A stretch of 62,944 bases of DNA, the filler included, from Octopus bimaculoides (Eukaryota): assembly GCF_001194135.2 (NCBI RefSeq). It is 6 parts of 4 records of this genome, joined end to end, with 100 filler letters (N's around TTAATTAATTAA, not from the genome) between each part and the next. Parts side by side here need not be neighbours in the genome. Positions count along the whole stretch, not along the records: positions 5,843 to 25,853 come from NC_068982.1; 5 more parts are not named here. One strand, given 5' to 3'. Under the pieces are notes generated by a model. It saw nothing but the letters and a program-made list of their open reading frames with translations, was not told where the DNA came from and searched no databases. This document shows positions 11,905 to 23,720 of this stretch, one piece after another (within the stretch, counting starts at the first letter, position 1; each line of letters opens with the position of its first letter). A program made the translations under genes and the position numbers.

Positions 11905-13158
11905 CTAGTTCAGGCACAAGGCCACAAATTTGGGGTCAGAGGCATATAGTTGATTAAATCAGTCCCAATATTTGAGTGGTATTAGTTTAACTTATTGACC
12001 CCAGAAGGATGAAAGGCAGAGGTGATCTCAGCCAAATTCAAACTCAGGAATGTAAAGGGCCATAAATACCACAAGGTGGATTTTTTTTTTTTTTCCAGCA
12101 CTCTTCCAATTCTGCTGTCAACTGTTATTTTGTCCAGCACTTTCCCCAACTCATAATAATAATAATAATAATGAGTGCCTCTAATGTTGGAACATGGGGG
12201 AGGGAGCTGTCTGATTAAATCAACTCAGTACTTGACTGGACCTTTATCTTACTGACCCCAAAAGGATGAAAGGCAAAAACTGACCTTAACACAAGATTTG
12301 TGCTCACCAAGTAAAACAGCCAGAAGAAATATCTCAAGGTATTTTGTCCAATAATAAAATTAATAATAATAATAATAATAAATGCCCTAATGCAGTCCCA
12401 GGCAGTGGCTCTCATGGTTTCTGATCTTAACTGATTGGAAGTGTTATCATGTACATGTTTTGTCTACCATAGACTTGCTTGTCAATTGTTTGACCTTCAC
12501 CAGCTGAGCATGCCCCTTAGTGGCTGATGATATGTGCATATTAGATCATGAGCAGGAGTAGTAGGGGAGCATCAGAGCCACATGTTGAGAGGACTTCTTT
12601 TGGGGTTTGAATAATTCACCTCTGGAAACATGGGTGTTTCGTTCAACATCTTTAAACAATCCTTATTCAGGGAGCTTTTATTGAGAGGAATTCTTTTGGG
12701 GTTTGAATAATTCATCTCTGGAAACATGGGTGTTTCGTTCAACAGCCTTAAACAATCCTTAGTCATGGGCCACTTGACATGAGGGAAATTCTAACTGGGC
12801 CCCACCTGCAAGGTCATGATCTGTTTATCTTGATATGAGATCACCATGTTGCCTTTATTTGATAGTGATGCATGTACCTGGTGTACCCTTATGTGATGGA
12901 TAGCCATGATGGGTATATTGGGCTTCATATATTTGAGTCATTTTGATGGCATGCACTGCTCTCACTCAATAATAATAATGGTTTCAAATTTTGGCACAAG
13001 GCCAGCATGTTTGGGGGAGGGTGTAAGTCAATTACATCAACCCCAGTGCGTAACTGGTACTTATTTTATTAACACCGAAATTGAATTTCAACTCAGAACA
13101 CAAAGACAGGTGAAATGCCGCTAAGTATTTTGCCCCATGACTCAGCCAGCTTGCCACC

Positions 13159-13231
<73 letters not shown>

Positions 13232-13630
13232 TAATAATTCTTTTTACTTTAGGCACAAGGTCTGAAATTTGTGGTAGGGTAGTTAATTGTGTCAACCCAA
13301 GTGTTCAACAAGGTACTTAATTTATCAACCCCAAAATGATGAAAGGCTAATTCAACCTTGGCAGAATTTGAACTCAGAACATAAAAAAAAAATACCAATA
13401 AGCATTTTGTCCAGCATGTTAACAATTCTGCCACCTCGCCAATAATAATAATAATAATAATAAAATAATAACAAGAATAATAATAATAATAATAATAATA
13501 GTTTCTAATTTAAGCATAAAGCCATCAAATTTTGAGAGGAAGGGCATTAGTTGGTTACATGAACCTCAGTACTTAACTGGTATTTTATTTTATAGACCTA
13601 AGAAAGATGAAAGACAAAGTTGACCTCAGA
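11905..13630 (-). mobile_element. Cluster of at least five co-oriented Nin-like SINE copies separated by (AAT)n
   Basis: Copies start near 11905, 12181, 12978, 13237 and 13501. Each has GGATGAAAGGC/AATTTGAACTCAGAA-like cores in the same orientation. Confidence 0.8.
13161..13229. repeat. (AAT)n microsatellite
   Basis: Direct reading. Similar tracts at 13441-13500, 28621-28730, 38944-38993 (as ATT), 46515-46603 and 60961-61013 (as ATT). Confidence 0.95.
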
Positions 13631-14241
13631 ACATAAAGAATCAGAAGTGTAATAATAACGATTACCTTTGTAAATGAAGTGAAGTGAAGTAGTTTCAGTA
13701 GAGAATTGAAACTGTGACACCAAGTTTGGCTCTCTGAGAACTTAGCACTCACTACAGCATCTGCATAATGACAATGACAAGGATCATGATCATGATATTT
13801 ATGATGGTAGTGGTAATGGTAGTGGTAATGGTAGTGGTGTTGGTAATGGTAGGTCATCTGAACAGGTGAAGAGCCAATTTTACAATGGGAGCAAGGGGAA
13901 GGAATTAAACCCGCCTTAACAATGACTGCGGTATGTATTTTGTGAATCTAGAGGAATGGAAACATGAAGGCGACGCTGTCAGGATTTGCTCTCAAGAATC
14001 AGAGACCATTAACTGGATATTGTAGAACATCTTGTCTAGTTCTATGTCATCGATGACCACTTGCTTGCTACTCTGCTACAGACTTACTAAGGCTAAGGCT
14101 AGGCTAGGCCTTGAGGCCAATTTTGAAACATCTCACCCAGTCGATCTGCACATCTCACTGGTACANNNNNNNNNNACCAACAACCATCCCGTAGTCCCTA
14201 GAGGCCCCCAAAAAAAACCCACTCGTCCATTGCTGTGGTTC

Positions 14242-14420
14242 TCATTCATAGAGATGTTGATAAAGCTCTTGTCCGAGTCGGATATAATTCTCTTTCTCTT
14301 CAGCTGTCATTTGGGTCACCATGTTGTCAGTAACTTCATGTAGAGGAATACGCATGTCTCCGATGGAAACCATGGGCACCTCCTCTTCTTCCTCCTCTCC
14401 ACTGTCCATCTCCTCCACAC
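14242..14420 (-). CDS. GTF2E1: Terminal coding exon of general transcription factor IIE subunit alpha (TFIIE-alpha, C-terminal acidic domain)
   Basis: Translation (G)VEEMDSGEEEEEEVPMVSIGDMRIPLHEVTDNMVTQMTAEEKENYIRLGQELYQHLYE* closely resembles the TFIIE-alpha C-terminus as recalled from human ([46 protein letters not shown]). Acceptor tgtattgtAG at 14421-14422 follows a T-rich tract, phase 1. Stop TGA at 14242-14244. Confidence 0.88.
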
Positions 14421-14514
14421 CTACAATACAAGACAACAACAAAAATTACTCAATAAAAACATTTCAAATTCAATACCAAAATAACAAAGATATTTCTTTT
14501 TATTCATGCACAGA

Positions 14515-14930
14515 CACAGGCGTGACTGTGTGGTAAGAAGCTTGCTTATCAACCACATAGTTCCAGGTTCAGTCTCACTGTGTGGCACCTTGGGCATGTG
14601 TCTTCTACTATAGCCTCGGGCCGACCAAAGCCTTGTGAGTGGATTTGGTAGATGGAAACTGAAAGAAGCCTTTTATATATATATCTATGTGTGTGTGTTT
14701 TTGTGTCTGTGTTTGCCCCACCCCCACCGCTTGACAACCAGTGTTGATGTGTTTGAGTCCCTGTAATTTAGCAGTTCCGCAAAAATGACTGATAGAATAA
14801 GTACAAGGCTATAAAAAAAAATAAGCACTGGGGTCAATTCATTCATGCAACTAAAAAAATTCAAGGCTGTGCCCCAGTATGGCCAAAGTCTAATGAGTGA
14901 AACAAGTAAAAGATTAAAGATAAAAAAATA
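14515..14930 (+). mobile_element. tRNA-derived CORE-like SINE (octopus OR-type), full length with internal (TA/TG)n
   Basis: Head GGCGTGACTGTGTGGTAAGAAGC...GGTTCAGTC, core GGCACCTTGGGCA(A)GTGTCTTCTAC, tail GCTTGACAACC...GAAACAAGTAAAAG. Other copies near 11060, 15600, 17895, 18290-18800, 20835, 24095, 45545, 50960, 58840, 60540 and 61990. Confidence 0.75.
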
Positions 14931-15429
14931 AATGCTAAGCAAAGCAAATAAGATCATGTAATTTCCAAGCTTTCCTCAAAGACCTTAAAAGCATATCAGA
15001 TGATTTGGTTCCTGCTAAGATCTGAACCCAGGTCAAGCACCTTGCCATACTGCAAACATCACAAAATCAAATTAAAATAAGAGGTAGAATGCTTACAAAA
15101 TACATTCATAGGGTCAGTATATGATCCCAATCAATAATGGATTTGCATTATATTTCTTTTATCTTACTAATTATATCTTAAATACATTTAATAATAGCAT
15201 TTTTAATTACTAGTTTCATTTGTAATTACTACTGACATTTATATTTTATGTCACCAACACCTTTCCTTTTTTTTAATGGCAATAAACAGGAGAAAAACTA
15301 CAATACCAGATGTAGGATATAGGTTATTCAATTTGGTTAGCTCAAACCAAACTGATTAAAACTAGGAAGTGTCCATATGTGCATCAGCACCCGTTTTGTC
15401 AATCAATCATTTGTTTTGTAAAATGGTTG

Positions 15430-15590
15430 ACTAACGAAACAGATGTTACTGTATATATGGAAAACTCGAATTTCAATTGGGTTGATTTCAGTTAATCAAA
15501 TTAACTCCATATAAATGGATCAGAGATGAAAGACATACTGGAGGAAGAGGACATAGACGCTGAAATAGCTACAAAACTGGCAATAGATCC
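15430..15590 (+). mobile_element. Short RTE-like RT remnant (tentative)
   Basis: Reads ...GSEMKDILEEEDIDAEIATKLA, resembling the RTE motif DxEIxxRLAKA. No splice context. Confidence 0.3.
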
Positions 15591-16149
15591 TAAGATACAA
15601 AGCTTTGGTTGGCCCGAGGCTATAGTAGAAGACACTTGCCCAAGGTGCCATGCAGTGGGACTGAATCCGGGACCATGTGGTTGGTAAGCAAGCTACTTAC
15701 CACACAGCCACTCCTGCGGTTATATATATACTGGTGCTCCTGCACCTATATATATATATATATATATATATTAAAATTATATTTTAGGGTATCTAAGAGA
15801 TACCGCCATGCTGAAAATAGCATACAAATCTTGACTCTAAACCACACTAAAATGTTCATATACCACACAGGAGTGAAGATGAAGAAAACAAAATAAACTA
15901 GCAAAAATTACTGGATAATTCCAGATCTTGGAGTTCTGGCTTTGCATTAGAAATGCTGTGCTCCAGCATGGCTAGAAAAAGTATAAAAAATATACAACAT
16001 CCGAGTGCGAGGTGATGTTAAATGTGTAATACATACAACATGTGTATGTACACACACATACGCTTACTGCAATGTAGATACTCACACATGAACACAGATA
16101 TACATATATAGGTACAAACACACACTACAGTCTATACACATACACACAG

Positions 16150-16530
16150 AGGCATGTATTGGTACAAAATGCACATTGTAATATAGACACACACACACAC
16201 ACACACACAGACATACAATGGCACCAAACACACTCTACAGTAAACAGACACAGACACAAGGTGCCAAACACACACACACACACATACAATAGCATCAAAC
16301 GCACTCTACAGTATACAGACACACACACAAACACAAGGTACTAAACACACACACACACACACACACAATGGCATCAAACGCTCTACAATATACAGACACA
16401 CACACAAACATAAGGTACCAAACATACACACACACATATACAATGGTACCAAACACACATTATAGTATACAGACACACGCACGAACACAAGGTACCAAAC
16501 ACACACACACACATACTACAGTACAGACTC
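16150..16530. repeat. Compound minisatellite built on (CA)n with GGTACCAAAC/GGCATCAAAC anchors
   Basis: About six units of roughly 60 bp: ACAATGGCA(C/T)CAAAC-C(A/G)CTCTACA(G/A)TATACAGACACAC-ACAAGGTAC(C/T)AAAC-(AC)n. Confidence 0.8.
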
Positions 16531-16599
16531 ACACATGCATACACATCTTAAACCCAACACACACACAACAAAAAAAGGATTGAGTTGGCCAATAACAAA

Positions 16600-16920
16600 T
16601 TGTTCTATCATCACCATCATCACCATCATTGTCATCATCATCATCATCATCATCATAATCACCACTATCATCATCATCATCTTAATCAACCTATAAAGCC
16701 ATGACCATCACTACTATAGTTGTCAATTGCTAATGACCATCACCAACATCATCATAAATCCTTACAGCTATGACTACCATCATCATCATTGTCATCATCG
16801 TCGTCATCATCATCATCATGTTCGTCTTCATCCCCCTACAGCCATGCCCACCACAACCACATAATCACCACTACCACATCAACCACAGCCGCCACATCAA
16901 TAACCACAACCACCACATAC
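16600..16920. repeat. Imperfect (CAT)n/(CAC)n tract
   Basis: Direct reading. Source of the spurious His-, Ile- and Ser-rich ORFs. Confidence 0.85.
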
Positions 16921-18430
16921 CTGTCCATCAAATTACACAGATGGTTACATACGAGGGATCAAAGGATGAAAGAAAGTGAAGGGGGGAAGTAGGCTCACCC
17001 CCCCCACACACACACACACACACAAACACACTAACTGTCAAAACAGATTACAAAGCTGAACCCTTTTTTTAAGGTCCACTGGACCAGAACAGCAGTGGTG
17101 ATGGTGATGGTGGTGATGATGTTGGTGGTGGTGGTGGTGGGGATGAGGTGAGGGAGTAATGCCGGCAGAAACAGACACATCATTGTGTTTTAGCAGTTTT
17201 GATGTGGATTGCATATGTTCAATGTTGTGCTTCATTGGCTGAAGATTCTACCACACACACACACACACACACCACACCACGCATGCACAAAAACACACAC
17301 ACACAACTGCATTATGGTGGAAGTGCATAGAGTCTAATACATATTAGTTTATGTGAATTAAACAGGGACAGCATCCCCTCCTGAGCCATGGTTTTTGTTC
17401 CATCAGCTATCTGGGTGACTGTATATGTCAGTAGGTTAGAAAAGAAAAGAATTTAATGTCTCTGGTTGGTGGAGACGGTCAGCAATTGTTCCTCGTGCAT
17501 TGGTCGGGCAGGGACTGGGAGTTGATCCTGATTGAAATTCCCCAATATTTCAATGGGGACCCATCACACCCATCCCTTATCCATAACAGATAGTAGCCTA
17601 TATCTACATCAATTTACACAGCCTAGAGTCATTTAGTTCTTTTCTTTGAGTGAATGGATGGATGGAGAGATGTAGATACATCTGTACGGTATGCTGCATA
17701 CATACATAGACATACATAATTATGTTGGTTTCCAATTTTGGCACAAGACCAGTAGTTTCGGGAGGAGGGGCAAGTCTAGTAAATTGACCCCAGTGCTCAA
17801 CTGGTATTTATTTTATCGACCCTGAAGGGATGAAAGGCAAAGTTAACCTTGGTGGAATTTGAACTCAGAACACAGAGATGGATGAACTGCTGCTATATAC
17901 GATGGGCTTCTTTCAGTTTCCACCTACCAAATCCACCTACAAGGCTTTGGTCAGCCCGAGGCTATAGTAGAAGACACTTGCCCAAGCTGCCACACAGTGG
18001 GACTGAACCCGGAACCATGAGGTTGGTAAGCAAGCTACTTAGCACACATGCAACTCCTTCACAATGTTCACGGCGAAGAAAAGGAAATGATGCAAAAACA
18101 TACTCATAGCAATCACAACAACTATGTTTGCTGAATAGAAAGATACAATAGCAGTGGTGTTTATGTTTAACTTGTTCCAGTCATTGGACAGCAGCCATGC
18201 TGGGGCACCACTTTGGAGAGTTTTAGCTGAACTAATCATCCCCAGTACCTTTTTTGTTAATTCTGCTACTTATTCTATTTACCTCTTTTGCTGAACCACT
18301 AAGTTACAGGGATGGAAGAAAAACAGCACCAGTTGTAAAGTAGTGGTAGGGGGGGGGATCAAACACAGACATAAAGACACACACACATACAAATGTGTGT
18401 GTGTGTGTGGCGGGCTTCCACACAGTTTCT

Positions 18431-18654
18431 TATTTCTTTATTGCCCACAAGGGGCTAAACATAGAGGGGACAAACAAGGACAGACAAAGGGATTAAGTCG
18501 ATTATACCGACCCCAGTGTGTAACTGGTACTTATTTAATCGACCCTGAAAGGATGAAAGGCAAAGTCGACCTCGGTGGAATTTGAACGTAACGGCAGACG
18601 AAATACAGCTAAGCATTTCGCCCGGCGTGCTAACATTTCTGCCAGCTCGCTTCA
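18431..18654 (-). mobile_element. Nin-like SINE (tail variant B) with 11-bp TSD, inserted in a CORE-like SINE
   Basis: ACACAGTTTCT at 18420-18430 and 18655-18665. The host SINE continues on both sides. Confidence 0.85.
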
Positions 18655-19396
18655 ACACAGTTTCTATCTTCTGAAGTCACTCACAAGGCACTGATCGACC
18701 TAGGGGCTACAGTGGAAGACACTTGCCCAAGGTGCCATGCAATGAGACTGAACCTGAAACCACAGGACTGCAAAATAATCTTCTTAACCACACAGTCAAG
18801 CTGGCAAACCAATATATCTGATGCATCATGGGTTGTACCAGCCCTACATGGGCCACCAGTCTAACCATAACAAAAACAAACCAAAACATACTATCAAGAA
18901 GAAAATACAACATAACTCAGTCCACAGTATATTAGCTTGTACACAGACCACACCCTCATACCATCTCAAGTAGCGAACAAAAGTACTACAACTGAAAGAG
19001 CATCTGGATACGAGAGAGGACACGGATGGTTGCTGCTGCAGTAAGCTTCAATGAACACAATCATGCCCCCACCCAGCACTACTACTACTGCTACTGCTAC
19101 TACTATTTCACAATTCCCACTCTGCCCAGACAAACATAAAAACCACATGCACATAGAAATAGCAGCAGCAACATCACTGGCCTCACTTCCCTTTCCAACC
19201 TTACACACACACAGTCCCAGGATGCACACTACCAGCATTATGTGCAGAGAAACAGCAACTGTTGTACTCTGACCATGTCCACCTTGCCTATCTGTGCTGT
19301 GGGTGGCCTGAGGGCAATATGTGCAAACCATCAAACGGTATATCCATAAAATTCGTCACCACATGCTTGAATGTGCAGTACTGTTGTCAACTGGAC

Positions 19397-19469
19397 CAGT
19401 AATTCTCAACCATTTTTTATCTATGGCGCCCTTTGATTCCTATTTTATTCTACTGGACCCACATACCCA

Positions 19470-19507
<38 letters not shown>

Positions 19508-20488
19508 AAAACATCTGCTTTCCATGCTGGCATGGGTTAGATGGCTTGACTGGAACTGGTAAGCTGGAGGGCTGCACCAGGTTCCAGTTTGAATTTGGCT
19601 TGGTTATTACATGGCTGAATGCCCTTCCTAACACCAACCATCCCGAGAGTGTAGTGGATGCCTTTTATGTATCACCAACATGGGTGCTTTTACATGTCGC
19701 CAGCACAAGTGCTTTTATGTGTCACTGACACAGAAGCCATTACATATCATCGGCACCGGCCACAACTACGATTTCAATCATCATTATTTAACGTCTACTT
19801 TCCATGCTGGCATGGGTTGGACCATTTGACTGAGGACTGGTAAGCCAGGAGGCTACACCAGGCTCCAGTCCGATCTGGCAAGGTTTCTACAGCTGGATGC
19901 CCTTCCTAATGCCAACCACTCCGAGAGTGAAGTGGGTGCTTTTTACATGCTACTAGCACAGGGGCCAGTCAGCAACACTGGCATCAAACATGCTCAAATA
20001 GTGCTTTTTATGTGCCATCGATATAGGAGCCAGTCTTGTTTAAAAATAACCCCTTTATAATATTATAATTAAATATCATTAAGAATTGTATAAAAGATTG
20101 TTAAAATATTTCGTGAACTGTTGAAATATAACACACATATAGACTTAAACCAGGGGTTTTCAAACTTTTTGACTTGCGGACCCCTTTATATTTCAGGCTT
20201 TACCTTAGGGACCCCCTTATAAACGCTTATGAAATTTATACATAAATATTTGCTTAAAATAACATATATTTTTACATTTATTTATTTAATAGTATTTAAC
20301 AAATAGGTTTATTGTTAATTAAAAGATTTCGATTAAAAAACATATATAAAATCAAATTGCTCATAAAAAGTATTTGCTGTCCACGGACCCCCTGTGGTCC
20401 GTGGACCACAGTTTGAAAACCTCTGACTTAAACAACAAAATTTATATGGGGCCCTAAGGGTCATGTGGACCCCAGTTGAGAACCTCTG
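19397..20488. mobile_element. Older hAT-type MITE carrying nested insertions
   Basis: Ends CAGTAATTCTCAAC and GTTGAGAACCTCTG. Decayed 8-bp TSD AACTGGAC/AGTTAGAC (5 of 8 match). Confidence 0.6.
20151..20425. mobile_element. hAT-type MITE (275 bp) with perfect 8-bp TSD
   Basis: TIRs CAGGGGTTTTCAAACT and AGTTTGAAAACCTCTG. ACTTAAAC at 20143-20150 and 20426-20433. Subterminal GGACCCC motifs. Confidence 0.9.
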
Positions 20489-22198
20489 AGTTAGACAGGG
20501 ACATGGCATATATGGGAAGATGGATCTGAGGATTATGCCTTATAGTTTAGTAACAATGTACCATAGGACAGTTTGATCAGGACTAACCTGCGGCACAACA
20601 GCAGCAGCAGCAACAACAACAACCTGAGCCCCATAGGACTTCAAGTCACCCAACTGACAGAAGTTTCACCAGTTCTATACCAGCTCATGAAAGGCTCCCC
20701 TTTGACCCCCTCCAGTTCTCCTAGGCATGTCAATCTACATCCCTCACACAGCCAAAACCCATAATCAGGAAATACTTCAATCTTGATCACCTGATCACCA
20801 TTTAAAAAAGATTGAGACACACAATGAAAGCTAATAGGTGCAACCGTTGCTGTGTGGTTAAGAAGCTTGCTTCCCAGCCATATGGTCTTAGGTTCAGTCC
20901 CACTGTGCAGCATCTTGGGCAAGTGCCTTCTGCTATAGCCCTAGGACAACCAAACCCTTATGAGTGGATTGACAGACAGAAACTAAAAGAAGCCCATTGT
21001 GTGTGTGTATGTGTGTGTGTGTGTGTCCTTGTCTAGCCATCACATGTTGGTTGTAAATGAGCATCCCCATCATATAAATGAGATTGTTCGTTTCCAGTCT
21101 TCTATAAAAGGACAATGTCTAGCCATGGCAAATATTATCTTGCTTGGAAACAGGTGAGGATTTGGTGACATAGAAAATCTGCCTCAACAAATTTCTGTCA
21201 AACTTATGCAAGCATGGGAAAGTGGTTGTTACACGACAGCGAATGGATGAAGTACTAGCCACAAATAATAGATGGCACTGTTGTTAGACACACGAAAATC
21301 CTGGAATACAAGGCCACCTGATCGATTACCAAAGATTCACTCACCAACATGATACAAGAGAAGCTTCCCTATTGGTTCAGCATGAGCCAATAGGGAAGAT
21401 TCTATGGGGTCACTCACATAGCTAGAAATAGTAACAGAGTATCCCTCTATTAAATTTCACCCTACTATCCTAAAAAAAAAGAAAAAGACACAGAGGAGAG
21501 CATTGTCTCTAGTGCAGTATGTTTGAAATAATATCAATTTCAAATTTTGGCTCAAGGCCAGCAATTTCAGAGGAGGTGGGGGTGAGTCGATTACATCAAC
21601 CCCAGTGCAAAGTTGATCTCAGCAGAATTTGAACTCAGAACATGAAGACCGGCAAAAATGCTACTGAGCATTTTGCTCAGCATGCTAATGATTCTGCCAG
21701 TTTAATGTTTGAAGTAATATCTAAATAACCTTATTTCATCTGTCTTTATGTTCTGAGTTCAAATTCCACCGAGGTCAATAAATTAAGTACCAATTGCATG
21801 CCAGGGCCAATCTAATTGACTGGCCCCCCGCTCCCCCAAAATTTTGGGCCTTGTACCTAGAGTAGAAAAGGATATTCTGCAATAACTTTAATGTTTAAAG
21901 TAACATCAAGACAGTTATAGCTGGGCTAAACATTATCGCCTACTGGTACACGACCATGCTGTGTCTTCTCTTGGCCTCTTCTACTGCTACAAAGGTATCT
22001 GTTCCTCCTGAGAGAAGCAACTCTATATCTCTACCTCCTCCTGTCACTCTTCTCTATCTCTCTCTTCTTGTCACCTTTCCATTTCTCCTTCCCTTCCTCT
22101 TCCTGTCACCGCTTCTTGTGTATTTCCTCCTCATGTCACTTCTGTATCTCCTCCTTCAATCCAACACTAAGAACTAGCCCCTCCCCCAATCCTTGGCC

Positions 22199-22408
22199 GG
22201 GTGAAATGCTTAGCAGTATTTCGTCTGCCGCTACGTTCTGAGTTCAAATTCCGCCGAGGTCGACTTTGCCTTTCATCCTTTCGGGGTCGATAAATTAAGT
22301 ACCAGTTACGCACTGGGGTCGATGTAATCGACTTAATCCCTTTGTCTGTCCTTGATTGTCCCCTCTATGTTTAGCCCCTTGTGGGCAATAGAAAAATTTA
22401 TTTTTTTT
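22199..22408 (+). mobile_element. Nin-like SINE (tail variant B), 5'-truncated, with TSD
   Basis: AATCCTTGGCC occurs just before and just after the copy. Confidence 0.8.
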
Positions 22409-23166
22409 AAATCCTTGGCCCACATCACAACATCACCACACTATACACCAACACATCTCACCTCNNNNNNNNNNNNNNNNNNNNNNNNNNNNNNNNNNNN
22501 NNNNNNNNNNNNNNNNNNNNNNNNNNNNNNNNNNNNNNNNNNNNNNNNNNNNNNNNNNNNNNNNNNNNNNNNNNNNNNNNNNNNNNNNNNNNNNNNNNNN
22601 NNNNNNNNNNNNNNNNNNNNNNNNNNNNNNNNNNNNNNNNNNNNNNNNNNNNNNNNNNNNNNNNNNNNNNNNNNNNNNNNNNNNNNNNNNNNNNNNNNNN
22701 NNNNNNNNNNNNNNNNNNNNNNNNNNNNNNNNNNNNNNNNNNNNNNNNNNNNNNNNNNNNNNNNNNNNNNNNNNNNNNNNNNNNNNNNNNNNNNNNNNNN
22801 NNNNNNNNNNNNNNNNNNNNNNNNNNNNNNNNNNNNNNNNNNNNNNNNNNNNNNNNNNNNNNNNNNNNNNNNNNNNNNNNNNNNNNNNNNNNNNNNNNNN
22901 NNNNNNNNNNNNNNNNNNNNNNNNNNNNNNNNNNNNNNNNNNNNNNNNNNNNNNNNNNNNNNNNNNNNNNNNNNNNNNNNNNNNNNNNNNNNNNNNNNNN
23001 NNNNNNNNNNNNNNNNNNNNNNNNNNNNNNNNNNNNNNNNNNNNNNNNNNNNNNNNNNNNNNNNNNNNNNNNNNNNNNNNNNNNNNNNNNNNNNNNNNNN
23101 NNNNNNNNNNNNNNNNGGGATTACACTGAACATCATTACCTCCCACCACATCTCTCTGTTATTATG

Positions 23167-23167
<1 letters not shown>

Positions 23168-23218
<51 letters not shown>

Positions 23219-23632
23219 CTGACTGCATGTCTCTGTATGTATGAGAGAAACCAACTTTATGCATGTGGATGTGCATGTGTTTGTGATTGAGTGTGTGTAT
23301 TATGGACTGTACATATATGTATTTGGTATGTGTGACTGTATGTGTGTATTTGGGTGATTCAGTGTGTGTGTGCACGTGTGTGTGTGTGTGTGTGAGACTA
23401 TGTATGCATGTAAGTCCGTGTGACTGGTTATATGCATGTCTATGTCTGTGATTAAACTGTATGTCTGTACCTCTCAGTGTGTATGCATCTGTGTGTGTGT
23501 GTGTGTGTGTGACTGATTACATGTGTGAATATGTGTGTGTTTGTGAGGTAGAATATATGTATATAATACAATGTCAACCTGTATATGTTTAATTAACACA
23601 AAGAGTGGGTGTGGCAGAGTCCATAATCCTTG

Positions 23633-23673
<41 letters not shown>

Positions 23674-23720
23674 TGTGTGCGCATGCAGTGAGTGGTGTGT
23701 GTGTGTGTGTGTGTGTGTAG
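23168..23720. repeat. (TG)n microsatellite and TG-rich low-complexity tract
   Basis: Direct reading. Confidence 0.9.

Noticed and set aside
21956-22177. Purine-rich minus strand as the acidic penultimate GTF2E1 exon
   Set aside because: Stops occur in the minus-strand frames I read, and it is a degenerate repeat of about 30 bp.
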